A stretch of DNA of 64,000 bases from Pontiella sp. (GTDB lineage: Bacteria > Verrucomicrobiota > Kiritimatiellia > Kiritimatiellales > Pontiellaceae), in NCBI GenBank assembly GCA_050290185.1, contig JBNKHE010000001.1, positions 34,713 to 98,712 of the forward strand, read 5' to 3'. This document shows, in pieces, positions 1 through 9,986 of this stretch. Position 1 is the stretch's first letter, and each line of letters starts with the position of its first letter. Made by a program: the position numbers and the translations under genes. The notes beneath the pieces were generated by a model. That model saw nothing but the letters and a program-made list of their open reading frames with translations, was not told where the DNA came from and did not search any database.

Positions 1-707
1 TTGACTGAAAAATAGCACCCCCGAATGGTGACATTCTGGCAGCTGTCCACATCAACCCCGTCCGAGCTCGGCGGCTTTTCATCATCCGGCACCTCAAAAT
101 GAACATCGTCCACCGTCACGCCTTGGCAATGGTAAAGGTGAAGATTCCAGAATTGGGCATCTTTGAAAGTGATCCCTTTCACCGTCACATTTCGGGAATT
201 TGAAACCATGCAGAGCCGAGCGCGCGGGACATCAAGATTCTTGAATTCGCTGTTGCCGGCCCGCAGTTTCCAGAACAGATCCCAGATCGGTTTGCCGGCA
301 CCGTCGAGCGAACCCTCGCCGCTGATCACCAGGCCGTCGCATTCATCAGCATTGATCAGTGCCGGGTTAAAATGTTCCTCGAAGTGCCCTTCGATGCGGG
401 TGCGCTGCTCCGGGAAGTTTTTCATATCGGTAGAACACTGGAGCACGGCATCCTGCTCCAAACGCAGATTTACACCCGGCTTCATAAACAGCGCACCGCA
501 GACAAACACCCCTTTGGGGACTACAACGGTTCCTCCGCCACTCGAGGCCGCTTGATCGATGGCGGACTGAATGGCTGCCGTATTCAGGGTCGCTCCGTCT
601 CCCTTTGCACCGAATCCGGAAATATTGACCTCGTCGGCAAATGTCACCGAACCTGCCAGAAGCATCAGCGATATTACTTTGCAGATCCGCCGTCGCAGCA
701 TAACCAT
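1..707 (-). CDS. Glycoside hydrolase family 28 (polygalacturonase-like), secreted; 3' end lies outside the window
   Basis: Manual translation from ATG at 707 (not in the ORF track). Signal peptide, then FGAKGDGATLNTAAIQSAID...GGGTVVVPKG, LVISGEGSLDGAG, FWNLHLY, PSSDGVDVDSCQNVTI, all typical GH28 beta-helix motifs. Confidence 0.85.
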   Translation of the reverse strand, partial: MVMLRRRICKVISLMLLAGSVTFADEVNISGFGAKGDGATLNTAAIQSAIDQAASSGGGTVVVPKGVFVCGALFMKPGVNLRLEQDAVLQCSTDMKNFPEQRTRIEGHFEEHFNPALINADECDGLVISGEGSLDGAGKPIWDLFWKLRAGNSEFKNLDVPRARLCMVSNSRNVTVKGITFKDAQFWNLHLYHCQGVTVDDVHFEVPDDEKPPSSDGVDVDSCQNVTIRGCYFSV

Positions 708-1099
708 GTCAAGCCTCACCCATTGCATCACTCTACCCTCCATTATTGTTACCTATGGCAACTGTGTTTGACCACGCAACTATGACAAGCCATAGTTTCA
801 ATTAAATGGATTGCGCTCAATTGCGAATTTCATGCCGTATTAAGCGTACGCATGACACAAATGGTCTGGCTGTTTACATTGTTGCTCCCTGTCACGGACG
901 CACTCGACTCCGGTGGATTTACAGAATACGCCATCGCAGCCTGATCGACATCGAGCTCCCCGCTGTGGCTTTGCCGCAGCATCTGCATGATGCCGGAGCT
1001 GTCGCCGGGTTACCTCGATCCGGAGCGGCGGATGCGCGTCGAACATATTGGGGTAGATCCACGCACACGTTCTCTGTTTTCTTGAAGCATGGAGGAAAA

Positions 1100-1175
1100 T
1101 GGCGCACTCAGCAGGAGTCGAACCTGCAATCGACTGGTTCGAAGCCAGTTGCCCTATCCATTAGGCCATGAGTGC
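1100..1175 (-). tRNA. tRNA-Arg(UCG)
   Basis: Reverse complement folds as GCACTCA...ACTGG-CT TCG AA-CCAGT...GCAGG TTCGACT CCTGC TGAGTGC G CCA (76 nt, encoded CCA). Confidence 0.93.
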
Positions 1176-1560
1176 GGCGAGTCATAATATGGGAGAAAGA
1201 CCAAGGGCGTGTAAACAAAGAAACATCAGCTCAACGTGCAGAAACAATGCCTCCAGACACTAAAAACAAACTCAACACGTATAAGAGCGGATTCAAGGAG
1301 TTTCAGGTATCGAAGGACGGCATCATCACCCCCACCGCCTGGCTACAGCACAACGTCCTCAAAATGTTGTGGTGCACGCTTTTCTTGCGTCAGGGGCTGC
1401 TCACGGAACGGGTTGCACAAGGATCTGTTTTCACCAAACCGGTAAAGCGCATGTGAGAATCCGTGGAATCACAAGGAATTTTTTTAAAATCGGGGGTTGG
1501 AGGGCCGTGTTTGTTCCTCTATATTCCCGCCTTTCCCAACGCTAAATAGGAAAACGATTT

Positions 1561-2433
1561 ATGAAGAAACTGGTTATCGGACTACCCAAGGGAAGCTTGC
1601 AGGAATCGACCTACGAGCTTTTCAAAAAGGCGGGATTCACCATTAAAGGCGGATCGCGCTCCTATTTCCCGTCCATCGATGACGATGAAATTGAAATTCG
1701 GATTTTGCGCGCCCAGGAAATGAGCCGCTATGTCGAGCATGGCATGCTTGACGCCGGCATTGCAGGGCTGGACTGGATCGAAGCCAACGGCTCGGATGTG
1801 GTTGATCTGTGCGATATGGTCTACTCCAAGCAGAGCAAGCGCCCGGTCCGCTGGGTACTCGCGGTTCCGAACGACTCCCCCATCAATTCCGTGAAGGATC
1901 TGGAAGGCAAAAAAATCGCGACAGAGGGCGTCGGTATCGTGGAACGCTGGCTCGACAAGAACGGCGTAAAGGCCGAGGTTGAATTTTCGTGGGGTGCTAC
2001 CGAAGTGAAGGTTCCCGATTTTGTCGACGCCATCGTGGACATTACGGAAACCGGAAGCTCGCTGCGGGCCAATAATCTGAAGATTGTTGAAACGCTTATG
2101 GAGTCGTACACCAAGTTTTTCTGCTCCAGGGATGCGTGGGCGGATGACTGGAAAAAGGACAAGCTCGAGAAGATCGCCCTGCTGCTGAAGGCGGCTCTGG
2201 ATGCCGATGACAAGGTCCTGTTGAAACTGAATGTTGAAGCGGACAACCTTGAAAAGGTAAAGAACCTGTTGCCCGCACTGCATTCCCCCACGGTCAATTC
2301 ACTTACTGATGATGGCTGGTATGCCATCGAAACGGTGGTCGACGAATCCGTCGTTCGCGAGATCATCCCCGATCTCAAGGCCAACGGAGCCGAAGGAATT
2401 ATAGAAATTAGCTTGAACAAAGTAGTGGCATAA
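1561..2433 (+). CDS. hisG: ATP phosphoribosyltransferase (long form)
   Basis: LPKGSL, GATEVKVP...DAIVDITETGSSLRANNL, and the C-terminal regulatory domain (LPALHSPTV...GAEGI). Confidence 0.97.
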   Translation: MKKLVIGLPKGSLQESTYELFKKAGFTIKGGSRSYFPSIDDDEIEIRILRAQEMSRYVEHGMLDAGIAGLDWIEANGSDVVDLCDMVYSKQSKRPVRWVLAVPNDSPINSVKDLEGKKIATEGVGIVERWLDKNGVKAEVEFSWGATEVKVPDFVDAIVDITETGSSLRANNLKIVETLMESYTKFFCSRDAWADDWKKDKLEKIALLLKAALDADDKVLLKLNVEADNLEKVKNLLPALHSPTVNSLTDDGWYAIETVVDESVVREIIPDLKANGAEGIIEISLNKVVA

Positions 2434-2473
2434 CTATTGTAGTTGCCCTTTTGAGACGAAACCGGAGATTAAT

Positions 2474-2563
2474 ATGGGTACCATTAAGAAATGGCGTAAA
2501 AAGAAAATGTCGAACCATAAGCGGCGCAAGCGTCGTCGTGCGGACCGTCATAAGAAGAAATAG
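2474..2563 (+). CDS. 29-aa basic peptide, AURKAIP1/COX24 (bS22/mS38-like ribosomal protein)
   Basis: MGTIKKWRKKKMSNHKRRKRRRADRHKKK*. GGAG RBS at 2464-2467 and a terminator downstream. The K/R-rich pattern 'KKM..HK.RK..R..RHKKK' matches bS22-type peptides. Confidence 0.8.
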   Translation: MGTIKKWRKKKMSNHKRRKRRRADRHKKK

Positions 2564-2587
2564 GCATATCGAATGCCCGATTGATTT

Positions 2588-2623
2588 CAAGGCTGTTCGC
2601 TCCGGGCGTTCAGCCTTGCTTTT
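2588..2623 (+). terminator. Intrinsic terminator after hisG and the small peptide (a second hairpin at 2631-2663 may serve fmt)
   Basis: CAAGGCTG...CAGCCTTG stem followed by a T-rich run. Confidence 0.65.
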
Positions 2624-2694
2624 GTTTTTTCAATCCTTGGAAGCCCACGGCTTTCAGGGATTGTTTTTTATTAGGGTGTAGCGATCCCCCGTAC

Positions 2695-3615
2695 TCAGCC
2701 GAGAATCCTACCCTTGGCAAGCGGATGCCCATTGAGGAACGATACCGCCGACATGCGCCCTTTCCCGGTCGGCTGGATTTCAGTCAGGCGCAACGCTCCT
2801 GTTCCGGTGGCCACGAGCAACGCATCATCCAGCAATTCACCCGGTTGTCCCGCACCATCCGCCAGACTGGCCTTCCAGACCTTGAGCGTATCCCCATCAG
2901 GCAACTGACAATAACTCCCCGGCCAGGGATCGAACGCCCGGATCCGGTTCCGGATGGTTTCCGCCGGTAGCGTCCAATCGATTTTCCCATCGTCCTTGCT
3001 CAGCTTGCGGATCTCGACGGCTTCGTCTTCGTTCTGCACGGTTCTGGCGACGCAGCCCTTCCGGATATCGTTAATGGACTTGAGCAGCAATACCGCGCCG
3101 AAATCGGCCAGTTTGTCATGCAGTGTGGCAGAGGTATCGTCGGATGCGATGGGATAGCTTTCCTGCCGGAGGATATCTCCCGCATCCATCTTTTTCGCCA
3201 GATAGATGATGCTCACGCCGGTGACGGTATCCCCGTTCAGAATGGCCCACTGAATTGGGGCAGATCCGCGGTATTTTGGCAAAAGCGATGGATGAACGTT
3301 GATGGCTTCGTGCCGGGCAAGCTGAATGACCTTTGACGGGATGTATTGTCCATAGGCGACCACAACGATCAGATCGGGCTCGAGAGATGCCAACGCCTGA
3401 ACCGATTCCGGCTCGCCCACCTTTTCAGGGGTCATTACGTTCAATCCATGCTCATCGGAAAAAGCCTTGAGCGGACAGGGCGTGAGTTTTCGCTTTCTTC
3501 CCGCAGGACGATCCGGCTGGGAAACCACGCCGACCACCTGGTCTTCGGCACTGTCGAGCAAAGCTTTGAGCGACGGCACCGCCAGCGCGGCCGATCCCAT
3601 GAAGATGATACGCAT
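2695..3615 (-). CDS. fmt: Methionyl-tRNA formyltransferase
   Basis: MRIIFMG, SQPDRPAGR, INVHPSLLPKYRGSAPIQ, MDAGDI, RAFDPWPG. Confidence 0.97.
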   Translation of the reverse strand: MRIIFMGSAALAVPSLKALLDSAEDQVVGVVSQPDRPAGRKRKLTPCPLKAFSDEHGLNVMTPEKVGEPESVQALASLEPDLIVVVAYGQYIPSKVIQLARHEAINVHPSLLPKYRGSAPIQWAILNGDTVTGVSIIYLAKKMDAGDILRQESYPIASDDTSATLHDKLADFGAVLLLKSINDIRKGCVARTVQNEDEAVEIRKLSKDDGKIDWTLPAETIRNRIRAFDPWPGSYCQLPDGDTLKVWKASLADGAGQPGELLDDALLVATGTGALRLTEIQPTGKGRMSAVSFLNGHPLAKGRILG

Positions 3616-3638
3616 GTGCGCTCTCCCTATTGTACGGC

Positions 3639-5396
3639 TTATTCCGTTGCTCCGGCATCACCCCAACGGTTGCGGTCGCTGAAGAACATCTGATCCCGCC
3701 GCAACAGCGCCGTGCCTTGCTTGAGCGGAAAGTCGGTGGGTGTTCGGCCGCTCATAATCGGCAACCAGCTCTGTTCAGGCCCATCGAGCAACTGCCGAAC
3801 AAACGGCTTATTTTTCGTGAGCGTAGTGATATACAGGCCGCTGATATACTGCTTGTAGTCGTTGATTTGATAGAACTGCTCGACGTCCTTCGGCAACAGG
3901 ATTGAAACACGGTCGCCGTACCAAGCCGTGGCCCAGGGCATATCGGTGCACATGACTTCCCGGGGATTGAGCAGTTCCGATACCTTGCCAATGGCCGGCA
4001 CATAATAGGGCGGATAAGTCCCGTTCTCATGGGGCGGCATAAGCGTAAGAAAAAAAGGAAGTGCGCCCAACAAAACAATCAACAGTTTCAGGCCTATGTC
4101 ATACAACCGAACGCCTAGATCCAGACGATCGATCAGGATATAAAAGAAGGCCAGCGCATACAGAATGACAAATGGCCAGAAGGCGTGAATCATGCAGATG
4201 GAAGACTCGGAGAAAAAGCCGGCGATTAAAACGGTCAACAACAACGAGATCCCCACGCCCCACCGGAGATAGTTCACCTGCGGCCGGATAAAGTGGTAGA
4301 AGAACGCGACGATGAAAAAGGACATGAGAATGCCCCCGCCCATGGCAGGAACCGCTACGCTGTCCTTGCCAGAATAGTTCAGGATCCACTTCTCTTTGAG
4401 AGTTTTTACGCTGCCCAATATCGTAACTTCAGGATTGGGTTCGCGGGCCAGGGAATTATCCGGATATTTCGGGCTGTCCTCCAAAGCGGCATAGCCAACC
4501 ATACCCACAGGATTCCCGCAAATCTGGTAGTTCCGGACCAGCCAGGGGGAAATCATCAGGGCATACAGAAAGACAAAGATCACCACAAAACGCGTTCCTC
4601 CACGCAACCGTCCACTCATCAACCATGCGAACAGGCACAGCCCCGGAACCGCGGCAATCGCCACATAGCGGGTCAGGAAAGCGATCGCCGCAAATACAAT
4701 GGAAAACAGATAGGGAGCAACCCAATACAGCTTTGCCTCTCCATCCCGCTTGTTCAACATCGCCACGATCATGGTATAGAACGAAGCCATAATGAAAAAG
4801 ACGGCCATTGATATGTTGAGCCCCGAGATGGAATCACGCCACACGAGATCACTTAGATAGTAGATCGTCATCCCGAGGAACCCGATTTCCCTCGAAAACA
4901 ACCGTTTTCCCAACAGGAATAATAGCCCGCCGGTGAGGATGGCAAAGAAATGGTTGACCGCAAGAACGACCCACTGCTCGGCATGCATAGGGACCCCGGG
5001 GCCTTCCGGTATCCCGAAAACATCTACGCCGATCAAATCAAAAAATTTGAACCCGGCTCCCAGCACCACCGGATAGGCCGGAGGATGCAAAAGATCGGGA
5101 TGCCCGAAAATCTGTGAATTTTCATTGGCAGTGCGTGTCGACATTTTCCACATCGTCATCGGTCGCACACATTTGGTGACCAGACCGTCCTGAACGGAAA
5201 AATTACGGCCCAACTGGGCATAGTCCATGGCTTCCTCAGTCTTTAGACCGCGGAACTGGGTGGCGGTATAGACCATCACAACCACCAGGAGAACCAGGAA
5301 ATACAGGCAGACCCGGATGATCTTCAGACCAGTACCCGTGTCGATACTATAAACGATATCGTGTAGTGTAGACTCAAACGATTTGTTGTCGGCCAT
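3639..5396 (-). CDS. Multi-pass membrane GT-C fold glycosyltransferase (PMT/ArnT/GT39-like)
   Basis: About 11-12 hydrophobic segments, an acidic motif after TM1 (EEAMDYAQLGRN), HPPAYP, LTRY, SPWLVRNY and a C-terminal periplasmic region. Confidence 0.65.
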   Translation of the reverse strand: MADNKSFESTLHDIVYSIDTGTGLKIIRVCLYFLVLLVVVMVYTATQFRGLKTEEAMDYAQLGRNFSVQDGLVTKCVRPMTMWKMSTRTANENSQIFGHPDLLHPPAYPVVLGAGFKFFDLIGVDVFGIPEGPGVPMHAEQWVVLAVNHFFAILTGGLLFLLGKRLFSREIGFLGMTIYYLSDLVWRDSISGLNISMAVFFIMASFYTMIVAMLNKRDGEAKLYWVAPYLFSIVFAAIAFLTRYVAIAAVPGLCLFAWLMSGRLRGGTRFVVIFVFLYALMISPWLVRNYQICGNPVGMVGYAALEDSPKYPDNSLAREPNPEVTILGSVKTLKEKWILNYSGKDSVAVPAMGGGILMSFFIVAFFYHFIRPQVNYLRWGVGISLLLTVLIAGFFSESSICMIHAFWPFVILYALAFFYILIDRLDLGVRLYDIGLKLLIVLLGALPFFLTLMPPHENGTYPPYYVPAIGKVSELLNPREVMCTDMPWATAWYGDRVSILLPKDVEQFYQINDYKQYISGLYITTLTKNKPFVRQLLDGPEQSWLPIMSGRTPTDFPLKQGTALLRRDQMFFSDRNRWGDAGATE

Positions 5397-5505
5397 CTTA
5401 TCTCCAGTGCTAGTGCTTCAAGATTTGAAAATGAACGGCCTATTATTCATGAAGCATAGGGAAAGACAAGTTAACAGCCGTTCGAAAAGGAAGTGTTCAC
5501 ATGGG

Positions 5506-6423
5506 TCATGAACGATGTGAAAAATGTTCAAAGGCCTTTTTTCCCAGCACGCTTGAAGACCCATCGGACAACTGCAGCTTCAGAGATCCAACCTCCTCCG
5601 TAATCCGGCCGATGGAAACCGGCGGATCGACGAATTGCTTGCTCCAGCCTTCAAGCAAGCGGCCTTCACTTTCCGCCGGCATCGTAAACAAAAGTTCGAA
5701 GTCCTCGCCATCGTACAGCGCTTGATCCAGCGTTCCCTTCCGGGGAATCCTTTTCCCATCCAGCTCCGCACCAGCTCCGCTCTTTTCGAGGATATGCCGA
5801 AGATCGGTGGCGAGGCCATCACTGACATCCATCATGGCACCAATCAGCCCCGATTTTCGCAAAAAAACCCCTTCCGCTACCCGAGGGACAAAATCGAGAT
5901 GCCGGCCCTCCCGGCTGCATCCCAATGGTCCTGTCACAAAAATTGAGTCCCCCGTCTTCGCGCCGGAACGCAGCAAAGCACTTCCGGAAGGGAGCGTTCC
6001 GGTACCGAAAACATGTATTTCCAGATGATTACTTTGAGCCAGATCTCCACCGATAATCGTGGCACCGAACCGGTTGCAGAGATTGGACATACCTTCGTAA
6101 ATTCCCTCCAGCAGACTGAAGTCGAGATCCCGGGGAGCAACCACATTCACCAGGAGCCACTGGGGTTGCGCCCCCATAGCGGCTATATCGCTCAACACCC
6201 GCCCGGCGGCTTTGTTTCCAATCCGCAAGGGCTCATCAGTGGGCAGAAAGTGTACGCCCTCGACAATGGGATCAGTGGTAAAAACCTGATCGAGGCCGCA
6301 TCCATTGAGCTTTGCCACTGCACAGTCGTCGCCGGCGCCTACGACCAGATCCGGATGGCTTCCGAGTGTGGAAACAAGTCGTCGAATGGCTTCATGCTCC
6401 CCGATATCTCCAAGCGTTGTCAT
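5506..6423 (-). CDS. thiL: Thiamine-monophosphate kinase
   Basis: GEHEAI, GAGDDCAV, VEGVHF, LSDIAAMGA, MMDVSDGL, GEDFELLFT. Start taken at MTTLGD. Confidence 0.95.
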   Translation of the reverse strand: MTTLGDIGEHEAIRRLVSTLGSHPDLVVGAGDDCAVAKLNGCGLDQVFTTDPIVEGVHFLPTDEPLRIGNKAAGRVLSDIAAMGAQPQWLLVNVVAPRDLDFSLLEGIYEGMSNLCNRFGATIIGGDLAQSNHLEIHVFGTGTLPSGSALLRSGAKTGDSIFVTGPLGCSREGRHLDFVPRVAEGVFLRKSGLIGAMMDVSDGLATDLRHILEKSGAGAELDGKRIPRKGTLDQALYDGEDFELLFTMPAESEGRLLEGWSKQFVDPPVSIGRITEEVGSLKLQLSDGSSSVLGKKAFEHFSHRS

Positions 6424-6460
6424 ACGCACAACACTAGCCAAATCCGTTCGGCAAACAACC

Positions 6461-7744
6461 CTATTCGTGACGTAGCGCGTCGATCGGATCCATCATGGCC
6501 GCACGACGTGCCGGATAAATGCCGAATATGACGGATACGGTAACCGACACTGTAAATGCCACCGCGAAGGAGGGAAAAGTCAGCACCGTTTTTACATTGG
6601 TCATCGCCGTAATCATCAGAGGAATTACAGCACCGAAAACCAGACCGATCACTCCGCCGGATATGGAGAGAATGAGCGTCTCCATGAGAAACTGCAGCAC
6701 GATATCGCGCCGGCGGGCACCCAGAGCCCGGCGAATACCGATCTCCCGGGTACGTTCGCTGACGGTTGCCAGCATGATATTCATGATTCCTATGCCACCT
6801 ACAATCAGCGAAATTGCGGCAATAGAACCCAGTACGATGTTGAACAGCCGACGCGTTTCGCGGGCCTGACGGATCAGCTCCAGAGGAACAACAACGCTGT
6901 ACTCCTCCTTGTCGTGGTTCTTTTTCAGCATACGGCGCAGGGCATCCACGGCACGAACCACGTTATCCTGCTTGTCGATGCTCAGAATCACTTCATGCAG
7001 CTCGATTTTTTCGGCAGTGATCCCTCCCTCCTCCCGCTGGATAAACATATCGCCGCGTTTTTGCCGATACGTACGCAGGGGGATGTAGACATTCTGGTTT
7101 TCGCCTTCCAGCCACAATTCATTATGAACCGGGATTTCAGACTGGGCAATGTCACCCACGACTCCGACCACGGTATAGGCATCGCCGGCAATATTCAGCG
7201 TCCGGTTCAGCGGATCGTAACCCGCAAAGAGAATACGGGCCAAACGAGAACCGATCACACAGACCGGGACCCCATACTCCATGTCCGTACTGCTAAGAAA
7301 ACGTCCGCGCAGCAAGCGATAGTTTTGAACTGCAAACAATCCGGGCGTCGTGGCAATGACATCGGTTTGCAGCTTCCGGGCCTTGTACTGCACATCGAAC
7401 CGCAACACCTTCATCAGAACGATGGACTCAAGGTTCGGGACGTATTGAGCGCACTGCTCCGCATCCTTGTAGGTCAAGCCATAGGAGGCAACGAAGTTCT
7501 GGTTATTTTGGTTGTTGTTCGCATCCTGGGGAACCTTGACACTTTTGATCAAAATATTTTTGCTGCCCATGCGCTGGATCTTTTCCTGGATTTCCCGGTT
7601 GGCGCCCTCGCCCACGCTAAGCATCGCCACCACGGAACAGACCCCGAAGATAATCCCCAGCATGGTCAACCCTGCGCGCAGTTTGTACTGGCTCAGGTTT
7701 TTGACGGCCAGTTGCACCATTCTTCCCGGACTCATCGACTTCAT
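6461..7744 (-). CDS. MacB/FtsX-family ABC transporter permease
   Basis: LTMLGIIFGVCSVVAMLSVGEG, VGGIGIMNIMLATVSERTREIGIRRALGA, PARRAA.MDPIDALR. Real start is MKSMSP (7744), overlapping the upstream stop. Confidence 0.92.
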   Translation of the reverse strand: MKSMSPGRMVQLAVKNLSQYKLRAGLTMLGIIFGVCSVVAMLSVGEGANREIQEKIQRMGSKNILIKSVKVPQDANNNQNNQNFVASYGLTYKDAEQCAQYVPNLESIVLMKVLRFDVQYKARKLQTDVIATTPGLFAVQNYRLLRGRFLSSTDMEYGVPVCVIGSRLARILFAGYDPLNRTLNIAGDAYTVVGVVGDIAQSEIPVHNELWLEGENQNVYIPLRTYRQKRGDMFIQREEGGITAEKIELHEVILSIDKQDNVVRAVDALRRMLKKNHDKEEYSVVVPLELIRQARETRRLFNIVLGSIAAISLIVGGIGIMNIMLATVSERTREIGIRRALGARRRDIVLQFLMETLILSISGGVIGLVFGAVIPLMITAMTNVKTVLTFPSFAVAFTVSVTVSVIFGIYPARRAAMMDPIDALRHE

Positions 7745-8442
7745 AGCTGGGATACCCCTTTCCAGTCGTTGGAAATGATGTCCCCATCGCTCACCCGGAT
7801 AATCCGTTCCGCACGGTGGGCGATAGCATCGTCGTGCGTGACCATAACGATCGTCTTGCCCTCGGCATGCAGTTCGTCGATTACTTCCAGAATTTCTTCT
7901 CCGGTCTTGGAGTCCAGGTTGCCGGTCGGTTCGTCGGCCAGCATGAGGATCGGATTGCATACCAGCGACCGGGCAATCGCCACACGCTGTTGCTGACCCC
8001 CGGAGAGCTCCATGGGCTTATGCTCCAAGCGATCTTTCAACCCCATTTTCAAGGCTAACTTCGTGGCACGCTCCCGTGCGTCTTGCTGGGATACCCCCTG
8101 ATAGAAAAGCGGCACCTCGATGTTCTCAAGTACGTTGAGTTGCTGAATCAAATTGTAGGATTGGAAAATAAAGCCGATCTTACGGGACCGTATTTCAGAG
8201 AGTTGATCATCGGAGAGGTTGGAAACGCTTTCACCCCCCAGGCGGTAGTCGCCCGATGTGATGTGATCGAGACATCCGAGTAGGTTGAGCATCGTGGATT
8301 TTCCCGATCCGGACGACCCCATAATCACGGCATATTCTCCCTGATTGATGCACAGGTCGATGCCGCGCAACGCAGTAACCCGAAGCGGGCCGTTCGCGTA
8401 TTCCTTGACGACCTTATTCAGCTCGACGATCGGAATGCTCAT
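7741..8442 (-). CDS. ABC transporter ATP-binding protein (MacB/LolD type)
   Basis: GSSGSGKST Walker A, LSGGQQQRVAIAR, LADEPTGNLD, VTHD. Confidence 0.95.
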   Translation of the reverse strand: MSIPIVELNKVVKEYANGPLRVTALRGIDLCINQGEYAVIMGSSGSGKSTMLNLLGCLDHITSGDYRLGGESVSNLSDDQLSEIRSRKIGFIFQSYNLIQQLNVLENIEVPLFYQGVSQQDARERATKLALKMGLKDRLEHKPMELSGGQQQRVAIARSLVCNPILMLADEPTGNLDSKTGEEILEVIDELHAEGKTIVMVTHDDAIAHRAERIIRVSDGDIISNDWKGVSQL

Positions 8443-9986
8443 TTCCGGCCTTTCTCCTCCCCGGAGTTATTCTCGCCGTCCTGGTCCAGCGGGCTTTTCG
8501 TGAGCTTGGCATTGATCTCCTTCTCCACCTCGGCATAGAGCAGTAGCTCTTCGCCCTCCTTTAAACCACTTCGGATCTCGATATACTGGGTGTTGTACTT
8601 GCCGATCTCCACCTTGCGCAGCTCCTTGCGGTTGCGCTTGATGACATAAACATAGTGGTCATCCTGATCGGATACAACGGACTGGATCGGAACATAGAGA
8701 ACATCGCGCAACTGGTCGGTTACGATCTCAACCGTGGCAGTCATCCCTGGCTTGAGTTGTTCATTGGTCTCGGATACTACCTCGATAATGATGGCATAGG
8801 TCTTGGTACCGGAGTTGAACCAGTCCTGTGAATCCGGAACCGCGCCGATCTTGCTGATTCGCCCTCGCAGGACGAGGCCGGAAATGGCATCGACGGTTGC
8901 GACCGCCTCTTGACCAATGGCTACCTTGTCAATCGACGCCTCGGGAATTCCCACGTTTAAGTTCCACGAACTCAAATCCGGATAGGAAAGGATCTTCTGC
9001 CGGTAGTTGATGGTCGCTCCCTTCTCGATTTGCGTTCCCCTCCTGTAGCGCTCGGTCGGATAAAACACCTGTCCGTTGAAGTCGGCATAGATCTTGGTAT
9101 TGTTCAGTTGCCGCTCCCGATTGGCCAACTGGTTCTTTTGGATCGCCAGCGCGGTCTTCTGCGCCTCAATGCGCGATTCGCTGCGGGACAACTCGGCGGT
9201 GTAGGTTTTTTTAAGACGTTCAAGATCCGCTCCGGCGTTCTTCACGTTGTTTTCGAGCTCCTTGAGTGTTTTAACATAGGTGTAGTCCTGCAGAATTTCG
9301 AGGTCCTTGGTTTTGTTCCGCACTTCGATCTCCTGCCGATCCACCTTCAACTGCGCCGATTCTAGCTCCAGTCGGCTGGAGAAATCTTTTTCGAAAAGCT
9401 CCTGCGTACCTTCCAGCTCTCCACGCGCCTTCTTCAGTTCCTGTTCGGCCAGTTTGATGTCGGACTCAGCCTTCAGCACCATCTGGGGATATTCGGCCTC
9501 ATTGTATTTCTTAAGCGCAAGTTGCGCCAATTCGACCTTGAGCTTTGCGCTATCAACATCTGTTGCATGCTTGAGTTTTTCGATTTCCAACGCCTCTTGC
9601 GAGTGCATTAGATCGGCCTCGGCAGTGGCTGCCGAGGACTTCTGCTGTAGATAGCGATCTTCCAGATCTGACGATTCCAGTTCCACGATCAACTGACCGT
9701 TGGTCACATAGTTGCCATCATCCACAATCTCCACGATCTTGGCATTGCCGCTTGCTTCGTTGACAATATCCTGGCTTTTTCTTGCGGCCAGCTCCCCCGA
9801 CTGCAAAATGCTAACCACCAGATCACCGCGTTGGACGAAAAACCGTGGAGCATCTTCTGGAACCTCGTCGTCGGATCCTCCTCCTACGAACAGCGATGCA
9901 ACCACAAGAACAGCAACAACTCCTGCGGCGATCTTTACGTTACGGCGTTGCCACAGGTTCTTCAGAATCTCGATCTGTCTGTTCAT
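8439..9986 (-). CDS. Efflux periplasmic adaptor (MacA/HlyD family) with a long coiled coil
   Basis: N-terminal TM, lipoyl-like hairpin, long helical region, LKPGMTATVEI, VPIQSV, SGLKEGE. Confidence 0.9.
   Translation of the reverse strand: MNRQIEILKNLWQRRNVKIAAGVVAVLVVASLFVGGGSDDEVPEDAPRFFVQRGDLVVSILQSGELAARKSQDIVNEASGNAKIVEIVDDGNYVTNGQLIVELESSDLEDRYLQQKSSAATAEADLMHSQEALEIEKLKHATDVDSAKLKVELAQLALKKYNEAEYPQMVLKAESDIKLAEQELKKARGELEGTQELFEKDFSSRLELESAQLKVDRQEIEVRNKTKDLEILQDYTYVKTLKELENNVKNAGADLERLKKTYTAELSRSESRIEAQKTALAIQKNQLANRERQLNNTKIYADFNGQVFYPTERYRRGTQIEKGATINYRQKILSYPDLSSWNLNVGIPEASIDKVAIGQEAVATVDAISGLVLRGRISKIGAVPDSQDWFNSGTKTYAIIIEVVSETNEQLKPGMTATVEIVTDQLRDVLYVPIQSVVSDQDDHYVYVIKRNRKELRKVEIGKYNTQYIEIRSGLKEGEELLLYAEVEKEINAKLTKSPLDQDGENNSGEEKGRK

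Noticed and set aside
806..1456. Short ORFs around tRNA-Arg (806-1171, 840-1046, 1172-1456)
   Set aside because: No recognisable motifs, and some overlap the tRNA; cannot be supported as genes.
7745..7960. N-terminal extension of the permease ORF in the track
   Set aside because: It overlaps the ATP-binding gene in another frame; the natural coupled start is 7744.
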